This document shows, piece after piece, positions 1 through 14,779 of a DNA stretch of 64,000 nucleotides. Source of the stretch: the human T2T-CHM13v2.0 reference genome, Homo sapiens; the NCBI RefSeq assembly GCF_009914755.1, contig NC_060925.1, one strand, 5' to 3'. Under the pieces are notes generated by a model, which worked only from the letters and a program-made list of their open reading frames with translations, was not told the origin of the DNA and did no database searches. Positions within the stretch are counted from its first letter, which is position 1. Each line of letters starts with the position of its first letter. The position numbers were made by a program, and so were the translations under genes.

Positions 1-278
1 GCTTTCTTGCTGCATTAAGACATGGTGGAAGATCAAAGGGGAAGTGGACATGTGCAAAGAGGTAAATTTCAAGGAGTGTCCTGGTTCTATTAAAGCCCAC
101 TCTCAAGGGAGCATTCCTGTGAGAACTAGTTCAGTCTCACAGAGAGCAAGCGCTGACTACCACCAACCATTTATGAGAGATCTGTCCCCACCTGTCACCG
201 GGCCCCACTTCCCAACACCGCCACATTGGGGATCAGTTTCAACATGCATTTTGGTGGGGTCAAACTCAAACCATAGCA
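1..278 (-). mobile_element. MaLR LTR (MST family), cut by the window edge
   Basis: ...ccccacttcccaacaccgccacattggggatcagtttcaacatg...caaaccatagca terminus typical of MST LTRs. Confidence 0.75.
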
Positions 279-937
279 CTAAGGAGCCCACGGTAAATGT
301 AAAATGGTGAGTATTCCTACCAAGTATTCCCTTTTTGGTACCAAGCTTACCCAGAAAACTAATAATCAGAAGATTGCTTACTGAGTTCAGAACAAAGAGA
401 CATTAGGTCAGGGGATAGGAAATTGTGATTAACGATGTCTGGTCCAGAGCCACTTGTCTCTCTCAGTGGAAGTGGAGACACACTGACTGGTTGTATTATT
501 TGACTGCCCCTTTTCTGGACGCCTAGCAGACCCAGATCTTCAGTTGCCCTAGGCTTCCTTCAGTCAGACTGGGGACTACTGACTGGGCCCCAGCTCTCTT
601 TAGCTACGTTTAGTCCTGACGACTTTTTTTGGACTTGGGTACTTCCCAGTCTCTTCATTATGCATTTACAAAGCATCATTTAGAGTGGGTCTTTTCTATG
701 AATTGTTAATGCTTAGCTGTTGTACTTTCTTGAAAATGACTGAAGTCCCAGGTTCTGTTAATCTCTTTCTGTAGCTCCCTAGCTACACAGTTATTTTATG
801 AATCATAAGTCATGCCCCCGGATCTCAGACAGACTTCATATGCTATTTCAGGGCACATTGGGCTTCTGCTGAGGCATCACTAAATGGAACCACTTGCTAA
901 CTGTGTTACTTTGGGCACAACACTAAGCCTCCATGAG

Positions 938-1205
938 CCTTGGTTTCCTTGGGATAAAATGGGGATATTAATGATGATTTCACAGGGATACAAAGATCAA
1001 GGGAAATAGTCAAGTGTTATATCTTGATCATGTATCAAAATGGGCTGTGACCTCCTTACAGTGACTGTCATCAGTCAGAAGCCTCAAGGGATGCTTTCCC
1101 AGACAGAAATAGTCTTGTGAATATGCTTAATTTGTTTATTCACAAAACATTTATCAAGCACCTACTGTGTGACAAGCATGGTACTTGCAGTGAGAGAATA
1201 AATTT
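938..1205 (+). repeat. Donor arm of a 268-bp inverted repeat (pairs with 2718-2985)
   Basis: Direct base-by-base reverse-complement match; 3 mismatches seen by eye. Confidence 0.95.
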
Positions 1206-2669
1206 TCTTAAATGCTGAAATAATTACTTTACCGTGAGAGGTGAGGGTAGTACATTGACAACTAATATTGGGAACTTATTGTGTGCCAGAGAGGAAACTG
1301 ATTGCAGGTATCATTTTATTGAAGTCACACAATAGTCAAATGAGGTAGACACTTTTACTACTCCCATTTTGCAGATTAGCACACTGAGCTAATCAAATTC
1401 TTTAAGGTCAGACAGCTTGTATATGGTATAATTAGAACCCCGATCTGAGTGGCTGCAAAGATCATGCTCTCAACTAAACTCCAGAGAGGGATAGATTACA
1501 AGTGCAAAATCAAGATTGGTACAGATTAGACCCTCTTGCACTGTGTGTGTGATTTTCTTGCATGGTTATTAAATGTAATGTGTTGTATTCAAACATGACT
1601 GTGAGTTTAAGGCTACAATGTTTGGGTGAGTAAAAGGAGTATCTCCTTCAATAGGGTGAATAGTGATGAAAGAGCCCATAATGGAGACAAAGAGGATTCT
1701 CAGACTAGAATTCAGGAAGCAGAGGGAATGCCCCACGTAGGTGTGGCCTCCTGGAAAGTTAAGTGCAAAGGCAGCATCCACCACTTTGAGGTAAGCAGCA
1801 ATCAGGAAGTGGGAAAGGGGCAGTGGGCCAGGGAGACCTGCCATCTCTCTTAATAAGATCCCAGACCTCCAAAACCAGCATATAAGGGGACCTGGGCCTC
1901 ACTGCGTCCAACCCAGGGATTCATACTCCCCTCAGGGATGTTCTGACAATGACTGCTGCCTCTCTCATTGGGCTTCACGTCTAAAGGTCCAGCCCTTCTG
2001 TCTAAGGGACAAAAGATTGTCTTTAAAGCCTATTGCTGAGTGGGCAGGGTGTCTTGAAGTCATGTTCTATGGTCATATTCTATTGCCTGCATTTATTTTT
2101 TCTCTGTTATTCCTAAGCCTTTAGTCAAGTCTCATGTAACTGGCCCAGCCTGATTTCACCAGACAAAAGGAAAGGTCTTGTGTTCAGGCTCTAATTGGAG
2201 CATTAAAAAGATTGCAGGCTCCCTTCAGCTTTGTGGAGAGAATGTATTCCAGGTTAGAGTGTCCTCTGCATCCTCATCAGGAGATATGCTGGAATGGCCT
2301 TGTCACCACAAGACTGCCACGAAGCTTGTGAAGTTCACGGAATCACTTTAAGGCCCCAACCCACCCTCGGGCCCCAGCAGCTGATGCCCTTGCTCTCAGA
2401 TTCCCATCATGGTTCCAGGTGGTGACTATTACCCAGTACCATACGTTCCAGACTGTGCCCATCTCAGGAGCCAGCTTGACAAACTCATCCCTAGAGTTTG
2501 TCAAGAATGCAGAGCCTTGAGCCTACTCCAGACCTCCTGAATCAGAATCTGCATGTTAACAGAGGCCAGATGATTCAGAAGCACATGGAAGTTTGAGATG
2601 CACAGATCCAGGGCAGGAGCTCTTAATCTGGGCCCATGAGCTCAATGGGGGAAAAATAGTATTACGTCT

Positions 2670-3232
<563 letters not shown>

Positions 3233-4133
3233 CACATCTTTATTTTTATCAATCACTAACCAAACATTAGGATTTCCTTCCATTTTGGATGTAGCTTGCA
3301 AATCACAGACGTATTCACGATACTTTTGACTTTGTCACCGATAGAAATCATGGATATTTTTGTAACACATTACAGTTGTTTTAGACATCTCAAAATAGCA
3401 TATATATTCACCACTACTTCAAAATAACAATAGCTATTAGATATGAAGTTATATTATGCTATATAATAGCAACCAAACTTATTATATCACAAAATTTGAA
3501 AAATATTTTTGATAAGGATTTCAAAGGACATGACTTCCCTTATTATCCCATGTGTTTTACTTTCTGCATTAGAAACTTTATTCTGAGAAGGGCTCACCAA
3601 GTTGCTGAGGGATCCATTACACTAAAAAGGCAAAGAACCTCTGCTCTAAGAATCACAGCAGGGCCGGAATAGTGTTTGGAGAATTTCAGACATGTGGGGT
3701 GAGCATTACTTAATCTGGAAAGCCCCAGAAGTCACATGTCCCCACAGATAGGCAGCCTTCAGAGCAGACCTGACTGGCAGCTAGAGGTCTGCTTCAATGG
3801 CTTCTTCATTCTCCCTTCATTAAAAAGTAGGTTTGATAAGGCCCATGCTAAGGAATAAAACCAAGATTCCAAGTAGGGAAGATTGCTCTTGTCAGCCCAG
3901 CAAGAAAATCAGCGACCCAACTGAAAGAATATCAAAGATTATTCCTTTTATCAGCCCCTGTAGCCCCTGTCAATTTCCCCGCAGTAATCCACAGAAAAAC
4001 ACTTAAAAGGAAAATCACCTGTGTGCCTGTCTTTAGGGGCAGAAAGGAAGGAGCCAGTAGGGACACCAGCTGCCTTTGCAGCCGGAGGGGTGAGGAGAGT
4101 CCTGGGGAATGAGAGTGGGTGGTGATAGCTTTA

Positions 4134-4472
<339 letters not shown>

Positions 4473-5214
4473 CTAGGCATAAGGAAAATATAAATAAATA
4501 AAAATAAAAAGAAGATCCCATGGTAGGGGAGCAGCATCCCTAGACCTGAGGGAATGGTGGGGGTGTCTGGGTGAGATGTGACCCTGAGGCCAACAGCAGG
4601 CCTGAGCTGGTTGGTCCCCAGAATTCTCTTGAGGAGAGGGAAGCGGCCACCCCTGAAAAAAGCTCCTCTGGCAAGAGTGTAATGGAAGGGATAGCAAGAT
4701 CAGGGGTCAGTGCTTCTCCCTGGCTCCTCAGCTGGAGGCAGGGTGGGTACAATGAGCCATTCCAGGAGCTGGGATGGACCAATAGCCCTGTGCTCTTTGG
4801 GGGCCTTGAAAACATGGTCCTATAGGGCTCCTGGCAAGATGCTTTGGGCCAACAATGGGGCTCTCTAGGGTAAGACTAACCTCGCGCTGTCCTTTATGAA
4901 TAATGATAATAACTTCACAAACTGTTTAATATTTTAGACTTTTCAAAGTTGCCTTAAGGCAACCTGATATGGTAGTGGAAAGGGACCAAAACTGAAATCT
5001 ACTTCTGCCCATGAAAAAGAAAATAAAGAAAGCCATAGCCAAATTTCTTTGGCCCTCTTGAGCTTCAGTTCTTTCCATCTGAAAGGTGGGGATAATAATA
5101 GCTGAGGAACCTGCTCAGTGATTTGTGTGCAGATCAAATGGCGCATGGGCACGAAAGATGAGGGCTTTGCCATGGAAGTGGAAGGTCCTGTTTCATCTGA
5201 GCACTGTCACCTCC

Positions 5215-5654
5215 TGTATGAGTTTCCTAGTGCTGCTGTAATAAAGTGCCACAGTCAGTGGCTTAAACCACAGGAATGTATTGGCTCGCTGTTCTGGAGG
5301 CTGCAAGTCCAAGACCAAGGCATTAGCAGGGTTGGTTCCTTCTGAGGGCTGTGCTTCTTCCTTTGCTTCTAGTGGTGGGCTGGCAACTGTAGGAGTTTCT
5401 CAGCAAGTAGAGGCATCACCCTGATCTCTGCCTTCATCTTCACATAGTGTTCTTCTTGGTAGGGTGTCTGTGTCCAATTTCTCCTTTTTATAAGGACACC
5501 AATCATACTGGAGTAGGGGCCTACCCAAATATAATAAGACCTTATCTCAACTAATTACATCGCAACAACCCCATTTCCAAACAAGGCCATAGAATGAGGG
5601 AGGGGTGGGACTTCAAAATTTGAGTTTGGGGCCAACACAATTCAGCCCATTACA
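5215..5654 (-). mobile_element. MaLR LTR (MLT1C-like)
   Basis: tgtatgagtttcctag...gttctggaggctgcaagtccaag...caattcagcccattaca. Confidence 0.8.
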
Positions 5655-5789
5655 CTCTGTTAGCCCATTGATGCTCCTTGGCCGTGGGGAGCCCAGAACA
5701 CACAGGTCAGGTACAGAGGATGGAGCAGGGTGGAGAAGTTCCAACTCTTCTAGGCAGATTCTGCTCTCAGATGAATTGAGGTCTTCCAC

Positions 5790-6235
5790 CACTTCTTTTA
5801 TTAAGCACTTAAACTTTATTAAACATCTACATTATGCCAGATATAGAGAATATAAAATGAATAAATTATTGTCCTTAACTTCAAGGGAAAAGAGAGACAG
5901 ACATGTAAACAAATCATTGCAAGGCAGCATGATTCACACAATAAGAGATTTATGTGGCAAAAAAGACAGAGTCCAGGACAGGATTGTCAAGGAAGGCTCC
6001 TAGGAGGTGGTAACATTGGAACTAAATATTGAAGACAACTAGGGATTTTCCAGGCAGGCAAAAGGCAGAGACATTTCAACTAGACTGAAAGCACCACAGC
6101 ACAGAAGTGTAAGAGCCTGGCTTGAGTAATAGTTTGGCTGGGCTAGAGATGGGAGCAATGGGAGACAGAAGTCAGAGGTAGGTTAGGGCCAGGTTAAGGG
6201 GGTTATCCACCACCCTAAAGAATGTAAACTTTAGA
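5790..6235 (-). mobile_element. L2 LINE fragment
   Basis: Degenerate L2 3' region (ttattaagcac...tgccag...gagagacagacatgtaaacaaatcatt). Confidence 0.6.
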
Positions 6236-6610
6236 ATGGAAATCCTATAGGACCGCCATGGAAAACTTTCTATGCTGTAAGTTCTGAAAAGTCAATGATC
6301 TCATTGGTTGTGGGAGATGAGGCCAGAGTACTAACATAGCAGACACTCAATATATATGCAACAAACACATGAATGAATGAAAGAGTGAATGAATGAATGG
6401 TTTTAAGCAGAAGAGTGGTATGAGAGTCATAAGAGTAGGGTGCATATGGAAGCAGATAAACACAGTCAGGATAATTTGCTGTATACCAGGCAAGTGCTGT
6501 GAGGGCCTGAATAGCCTCCAAGAAGAGCAGAAACACATGGCCTTCAATGGGATGGGAAAGGGGGGAAAAGGTGAAACTAATGGTACATCTGTAGGGGTCT
6601 TAAGATGGGA

Positions 6611-6925
<315 letters not shown>

Positions 6926-7170
6926 TAAGGTTTGAATTTGGAGGAGTTCCTGCCCCAGACCTCAGCCATCTCTGGGGTGCTACTTCCCGAGGGAAAAGAA
7001 AGAAGAGGCTGTAGGAGGCACTCTTGCTGAGAAGCACTGAAACCAGCAAAGAGCAGGAGGAGCCAAGAACAGAGCTCAGCTGCCCCAAGGCCAAAAGGAA
7101 GATAGATGCCCAACTGTGGGCCTGAGCTAAGCTTGGGGAATTTGGAACGCAATAGAAGGAAAAATGGGGC

Positions 7171-7598
7171 TACAGCGGGTTGAATAGTGTCTCCCCAAAA
7201 TTCATGTCTACCCAGAACCTTGAAATGTGACCTCATTTGGAAACAGGGTCTTTGCAGATGTGAAATGAGATCATACTGAATTAGGGTGGGTCCTAAATCC
7301 AATGATAGGTGTCATTATAAGAGACAGGAAAGGACACAGACACACAGGGAGGAAGGCCATGTGAAGAAGGAAGCAGAGATTGGAGCTGTGCTGCCACAAG
7401 CCAAGGAAGGCCAGGAGCCACCAGCAGCGGGAACAGGTAAGGAAGAGTTCTCCCCCAGTGCCGTCACAGAGAGCATGGCCCCACCAACACCTTCATTTTG
7501 GACTTTTGGCTTCTGGAACTATGAGAGAATACATTTCCCATTGTTTTAAGCCCTTGAACTTGTGGTACTTTGTTATGGCAGCCCCAGAAAACTAACAC
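7171..7598 (+). mobile_element. MaLR LTR (MLT1B-like)
   Basis: gggttgaatagtgtctccccaaaattcatgtc...ggcagccccagaaaactaacaca. Confidence 0.8.
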
Positions 7599-10500
7599 AG
7601 AGTCAGAATACAAGGGGCTGGTGAAGGTTAGGTCAAATGGTCAACCATTGAGTAGGGACCCAGGCAGGAAAGGAAGGGACATCAGGAGGAACTGGTAGAC
7701 TCAGAGAGGTCTAGGGCTGAAGGTCTTGAGGAAGAATGACAGGTTTGGGGAAAAGCTGAATGAACAGATTTATATCCTGAGGGTGGTATATTTAAAATTA
7801 AGATTTTAGAGGTGTCTGTTGGACAAGAAGTTGTAAAAAAAAAAAAAAAAAGATTTCAGAGATGGAACAGTTCCAGGTGACTATAGGTGTAATCAGATTA
7901 ATCTCTTTTTTAGTGGAGAAAAGCTGCCTGACAACAGATTTACCCAGCCTGGCAAGACAATTTATCCTCCTTGGAATCTGCGCTTTAAATCCAAGGACTA
8001 AAGAAGAGCCTATGTTCTTCTGAGAAATTACTATTAGCTCCCTTCATGTCGAGGCATTTCAGACACTGCCTGGGAGTTTTGTGTTTTAGGAAGGTCATAG
8101 GGGTGGGGGACAAGGTCTCAAATCTCAGCCTGTGGGTGAGTCTTCCCAGGCCTGGCCCAGGCTTTCAGAGAAAGGCACCCCCCAGAGGCTTTCAGAAAGG
8201 TGTGCTTGTCTGGAGACCCCTGGGACATTAGATGGCAGAGAAAATAAAACCCACCAAAATGGCAAGGCAAAGCTGGGCCATTTGAGGAAATTCAGAAGGA
8301 AAAACTCCAAACAGAATCTGAAGGTAATAAAGTGACAACTCTACTGCAAGCCAGAGAAATTCTCAGAGTTGCCCTGGGGCCAGGAATTACTCAATTAAAT
8401 AGCAAAAGCCCAGAGGGAAATGGAGAAACAGTACCTCTTCCTCCTTTACCTGAAGCTCTGCTCCCCCTATTCCCTTCACCCCATATGCCCTCTGCTAGCA
8501 GCTTCTCCCCGCAGGCCCTACCCTTAGACCAGTCTGCCATCACATCCCAGCTGTCAGTACATTCCTCCTTTCCCACTAGGACACGAACACTGATGGATCT
8601 TCTCTCCTCCTGCTCCTCTCTGGCCCTGGTCCAGGCTGTTTTCTATCCCTTTCTCTCGGGAGCTTTCTAGCTGAGCTTTCCTATCACTTTCCCCTGGGGC
8701 GGGGGAGGGTCTCATTTCCACCTTCTCAAGATATTGTCTCCTATTATATATTTATTTTTTCTTTTTTAGCTATCTCCTGCCGAGAGGGTGGTCTCCTACT
8801 ATTTAAACAGAAAAGAGTGTTTGTTTTGAGGGAGAGTGGACAGGCAATAAGGAAGTTACATTTCTTTCCTTACACAGTGCCTGAGCCAAGAGGACTCTGG
8901 CCCTAGTATCCACGTGACCAGAGCATCCTCAAGCCTGCCTCGTCAGCCCCTGCACTGTCCCCCAAAGGTCCTTGCATTTGCCAGCCCAAGACTGTCAGGG
9001 GCATAACCCTCTGACCATATCCTCACACTCTCTACCTTTAGCTCATTCTCCTCTCCCTGTGGCATCCTGGGCACCACTTCTTCCTCTCTCTCTCCCTAGC
9101 CCTTTCTCCAAATCCCCCAAGTGGGAGGGATAGGTTGGGAGCAGAAGGCTGTTTAGCTTTTACAAGCCCGGTGCAAGGATCTGCTAAGAACTATTCCAAC
9201 GACCATGTTTTCCAGAACAGATTTTGTATTTAATCAATGAAGGTGTTTCTCTCCCAGCAGACAGCTAATCTCCAAGAGCCTCACATTCATCTTCTCTCGG
9301 TATTTACTCAGATGGGAAAAGTGGCTCCTCTTACCCTTACTGCCTGAAGATCATTCTTCCTTTCCCCAGCTTCTCCCCATTCACATCGGGGAATTGTACT
9401 ATTCGACCAGCTCTCTCCTGTGCGAAAAGTCAGAGGCGAGTGAGAGGATGGTGACCTGGGGAGGCAAAGTGACAGAATATGTCAAAGAGCAGTGACAGTC
9501 TCTAGGTTGTAAGCTGCCTGGGATGGCATGGGGGATGGTGATTATACTGAGTCACCACTGATGAAATATTTATTGAGCTGTAAAGGAAACACTCCAGGGT
9601 AAAGCAGAGAAGCAGTAACTGATTTAAGATGCAGAAGTTCAAGTACTCACACCATTGCCTCACTGTGCAGGGACAGCAAGTTCTTTACCTTCTCTGGGTG
9701 TCAGCTTATAGGCCTGGGCTGTCAGGGCTGGAAGGGAGCAGACAGAACCTTTATTGGAACCTCACCTATTAAAGATGGGGCATTGGTGGGTTGCTGATGA
9801 CAGAACCTGAAAAAACCTACTCCTCTACAGCAGGTCGAATTCATGACCTGAAACTGAATACTTCCAGCATATTTGTTCAGGGTGTAGATGGGAATAAAGT
9901 ATCTTTGCAGTGCTATGTTCCCTCCATCTTCCCAGACATCTGACACCCTGAAAGCCATCCACAGCTGTGGAGCCTGAGCGACACCTTGATTTGTGTTGTC
10001 ACCTGACCAAGCCTAAAGACCTCCAGCTCAGTCCCCCACCTTCATCCCACCCCCCACATGATAAAATTCAGACCTCTCTCCTGAAAGGCAGAGGTTAAAC
10101 ATTCGGGACTGTTTCTGGCCGAGGACTTCTTCCAATTTAAATCCCCACTGTGGGCTGTCTCCCCTCATTTCATTTTTCTAAAGAGGCAGAGGCTCTTTTA
10201 AAAAATAATAAAATGCAATTTATGTGATTTACTTTTCTGATCTCTTTGAGAAACAGAGAAATATAAAAGTGTGTTCTTAACTCCAGAACCACTCTTTTTG
10301 CATAAATACCTCATTGGGTGGCTTTCTAATTGTGATTTTCCTGAGTCTCCCTTCATTGGATCTGCCGGAAGACTTGTCAGGGAACCTTTAGTGAGGGTAC
10401 TTCTTCCTATTTTTCTTCTGTTTTTGGAGGCATGCACATTATGCATAACCAAAACAATGGCTCAATTGTGTTTAACTTTGTATTTTGATTGTTGAAAACA

Positions 10501-11671
10501 AAAACAAAAAGTATCGATGTGTATGTGGCTGTTTGTAGTGAATTCATTGCAGAATGAGGTTGTCCGCGTCCTTAACAAGCTAAGGGGCAGGAGGCACCCT
10601 CTCTTATTCTTATTCTCTTCTCCAAGAGCAGTAGATAATTTAAGCACAAGCCTATTTGTGAAAGAATATTTTGCTTAAGTGCCATTCACCTGAGTCTTGG
10701 AATTCCTTCCCAAACGTCAGGTGTTCTTTCAGCTTCCAAACTAGCATATGTATCCATTAGTCTGACAGATCACCTGAACACCACTAAGAGGTGTGGTGTT
10801 TTTGCTTTCATTTCTCCTGCTGGGAGAAGTGGCAGTTCATGTGTCATTCAGTATCTCACATACTCACACGAGGCAGGGGGGAGGGGGAAACGGGGAACTG
10901 TAGCAATATTTAAAGATGCTTTGGAAACCAACCGTGAACACATCAACACCACGACATCTACGATTACTTGCTGTTGGCCCTCGGACACATTTAAGAGAAA
11001 GAGACAGTCACTCTTTTTTTCTTAAATGATATACACATAGACAGTTATTTTTATTCTATTATAATTGTCTTTTACCTTTATCTAGTGCTATGTGGAAAGG
11101 GTTTGCATCATAGATTTTTCCCAGCTTTATAATATACCACAAGCTCCTACTTCCCTGCTCCTCTCTAATCAGTATTCTTTCAAGAGTTCTTTGGTGAAGC
11201 CAGCTATCTGAAACTAAAATGAACCAAACCCATATCACTGGTGGTTGGAGAAAACCATGGCCAAAACGATTGTGGCAGGTCTCAATCTTGGGAGTTTTTA
11301 AGAAGGAATGTGCCAGAGGCCTTTCCCAAGAATGGAGTTTTGTTTTGTTTTGCAGAGGCATTCAATGTGTCTGGTGCTCGCTGGCCACAGCAGTTACTAC
11401 CACAGAGACTTCTGGGAGGGGCCGTTGTGTTGAAGGAGGCTCCTGCCTGAGGGACAGCATCAGGTAGTGGGCTCTGTAGAGTGAGAACCAGGTGGACGCC
11501 TTCTGTGCCCAGCTCCGAGTCCTGCACCACGCCAGGACTGCCCCGGCCAAGGGCTACTGACGCAGGTTCCACTCATTCCACTGTGTGGGGGGCCTTGCAC
11601 CTCTCCTAGAAGGGCTCCTGGAGAAGGAATTGGAGTTACGTACAAGTGACTCCAATTTATGGGAAGCTTTT

Positions 11672-11981
11672 CTTTTTTTTTCTTTTCTTTTTTTTTTTTT
11701 TTATACAGAGTCTCGCTCTGTCTCCCAGGCTGGAGTGCAGTGGTGTGATCTCGGCTCACTGCAAGCTCCGCTCCCCGAGTTCACGCCATTCTCCTGCCTC
11801 AGCCTCCTGAGTAGCTGGGACTACAGGCGCCCGCCACCACGCCCAGCTAATTTTTTGTATTTTTAGTAGAGACAGGGTTTCACCTTGTTAGCCAGGATGG
11901 TCTCGATTTCCTGACCTCGTGATCCGCCCGCCTCGGCCTCCGAAAGTGCTGGGATTAAAGGCGTGAGCCACCGCGCCCGAC
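11672..11981 (-). mobile_element. AluY inside the 3' UTR retrocopy
   Basis: CpG-rich with Y diagnostics (gcaagctccg, ttcacgccattc, ttagccaggatgg). TSD atgggaagcttttct. Confidence 0.93.
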
Positions 11982-12669
11982 CAATGGGAAGCTTTTCTAG
12001 ATGAGATTGGATTAAATTCCATGTGATTTCTCTTTCCCTTTAATTCAGGTTGGGACTCGTTTCTTTCTGGTGGATCACAGCTGCCCAGATGTTGCAACTG
12101 ATTTTTATGTTTCTGTAGAGAAGTACTTTTCTTTAATCTTCAGGATTTTTTTTGCCACCAAAAGAAAACATGGAACTCTGTGTTTCCTCTTGATTATGAC
12201 TTCCCAGTGTTGACAGTTAAGTCCTTAGTGTTGCAGGTCCCAGCCCACCAATACTATATCAAACACTGTTATGCACATAATGCAGCACTGTGATCTAATT
12301 TAAATAATACTTTTTTATTAATTATGCTACTATATGTAATATACATCAACACTTTCGCCATATAACCTAGGTGATAACCCTCTTTTAGTTACCTGCCAAA
12401 CTCTGGACTTGGTTTATATTGCAGTTAACACAGTTACAAAGTTGTAATGGTGTCTTTTTTTCCTTTGTAACGGAATGTGTAAATCAAAGTATATACATTG
12501 TGTGGTGTTCCCGTTTCTGGAGTTTCATGAGGATTTACACATGGCATTCAGTGTTCTGTATAGATCTGCATACCTTTGTAAATTCATCTGTTAACCCCTC
12601 TTCCTTTGAGAGAGCACCGGCGATGGTCGTTAACTCCTTGTATTTTCTCTCTCTCCTACTGGTTATTCT

Positions 12670-12780
12670 ATTTTTTTTTTTCTCTCTCTCTGTCGCCCAG
12701 GCTGGAGTGCAGTGGCGCAATCTCAGCTCACTGAAAGCTCTGCCTCCCGGGTTAACGCCATTCTCCTGCCTCAGCCTCCC
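12670..12780 (-). mobile_element. 5'-truncated AluY-like right arm inside the retrocopy
   Basis: T-tract plus partial right arm. TSD cta(c/a)tggttattct. Confidence 0.85.
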
Positions 12781-14254
12781 ACTAATGGTTATTCTGAATT
12801 AAGCACAGACATGTCAGCTCAGTTGCTTTATCATGAATAATGTGTGTGACCTTGCAGTTCTTCCACAGTTCAGCAAACAACTGCTAGCTTCACTGACCAA
12901 AAATTAAGTAAGGAAAACGCAGTTTTTAAAATGATCCATCTTTTAACAGCCGAAACCGATGTGTCTATGGTGCTGCATCTTGCTGTTGTACTTCTGAAAT
13001 CAGACCTGTGTGAATGATCATTTCTGACTTAACTGTGAGATGCTCACGAGTACCCTTCCTGTTGTTTTGTTAGTGATGAAATCAAGACTATTTATTTGGA
13101 ATATATACAACAGTGTTTTTCCATTGTATTTCATTTGCAAAAGTTGAGAACTGCTTTCTCTACCTTTTGCAAAATAATTGATATTCCATATTGGATTATC
13201 AAAGACTTCAATATGGTGAACCTGTTAAACCTAGAAATTGTATTCATCCTTTCATGACTGTGGCCTGAGTTCCCCAGCCCCTCTCCTCCTTTTTTTTGGA
13301 TGAGATTTAGCACACTCTCAGTTATTTAAACATGCAACATTTCTTAAGTATGTATGTTGAGGCCATCTGAGCTCATAGCTGATTCAGTAACCAGTTTCAT
13401 GCTGTGTCATTCACACTCACTACTTTATACTGCCATGGTGAAAATGTGGAGGAAAAATGTATCCATGTGTGTCTGGGAAGCATATACACTTGTATATTTT
13501 TTAATACTCTGATTCTGTAACATTTCCCAGTTTTGTTTTGTTTTACAGAAAAAAAAAGTGATAAAGCAATCAGAAGACCAAGAGGTTTACTGTTGATGCT
13601 TAGGGTCGTCTGACCTTGGCTGGCCAATAGACCTACACGGCCAAATTAATTTATGAGAGTAATAATTTTTCAAAAGCCAATTTTTTTTCTGTATTTTCTT
13701 TGTGAAACTGCCAATATCATGAATAGAAAGGGAGAACCATAAAGGAGAAAGAACGTGATGTTCAGTTATGATCGTGTGAACCTAAAGAAAAAACGTGGAG
13801 GCAGGTGCCATCAGCCGAACTCTAGGGACTTGATGGTGTTGCTTGGAAGGCATCCATACCTGCATTTTGCATTCTTTGTATGTAATCATATTGCCAAAGA
13901 CAAACTATTTCATCATTTCTTGTAAATAACACTCTTCCACAGACCCACCATAAAGTTTCTGTGATGCATTGTCTTCCAGTTGCAATAAAAATTACTGAGT
14001 TGCATCAATTGGAAAAAAACAAAAAAAAAAGATAGGGCATTGGACTTGGAGAGGCTGAGCTGCTCCAAACTGTAATTCCAGATGGACGGAGGCAGGGACA
14101 GCATCAAGAGCCAGCCTCCAGTCCCTGGCCACTGTCCTGTCTATCTGCTAATTAGTTTGGGAAAGACCTGAACCTGTTTGATCAGCAAAGAAGCCATTGG
14201 CCTTCCTTCCAAGTAGCTCCAAAAGGAGCGGCCTCAGATGAACATTAGGAGGCT

Positions 14255-14720
14255 TGGTCAGGTCCCAGCAGGAAACAGAAGGATCCTCAACTGGGATTAT
14301 GAAGGTAATTGCATGAGGGAACCATTTGCAGAAGTACGGCAAGGTTAAGGGAATCAACAAGGAATGCTGAGACAGGTAGGGACCAGCAACAACAGGAAGC
14401 TCTTCCTACTCTCAACCTGAGGAGATGCATGGAAGAATGGAGTCCTCAGGACCCAGAAAGTGTTGGAGCCATGCAAGGGGGCTGCCCAGAAGGAGTTGTA
14501 GTCGTAGAATTAAAGCAAGGCAGGGAAGGAGGGAGCAGAAGAAACATCCTGACCTGTCTCCTGCCTTTGATCTCCTGCCAAAGCTTCCTGTTAATCTAAC
14601 CCAAACTGGAAGACAGAAGACAGGAGAGCCCTGTGATACTATGCACAGAGATTTGTCTCCTGGAGCATGGAGCAGGCAGAAAATGGATCTTGGACTGGGA
14701 GCAAAGCAAAACTGCAAAAC
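14255..14720. mobile_element. Old ERVL-type LTR (LTR33-like)
   Basis: gtcaggtcccagcaggaaacagaagg...ctcaa start resembles the LTR33 group; degenerate. Confidence 0.45.
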
Positions 14721-14779
14721 CAGCAGATGGGGTGTTGTAGAAGGTGCACCCCAGTAGAAATAACAAGTCCTTGGAAACC

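Larger units (their letters stand above)
9787..14030 (+). pseudogene. Processed retrocopy of a long mRNA 3' UTR only (5'-truncated), tentatively TNRC6B-like
   Basis: AATAAA at 13984-13989, A-tail at 14013-14030, and a 16-bp TSD aaagat(g/a)gggcattgg at 9771-9786 and 14028-14043, preceded by tt (L1 endonuclease TT/AAAG site). The composition is UTR-like, lacks recognisable MIR/L2 and has no ORF. The parent gene is from memory only. Confidence 0.85.
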
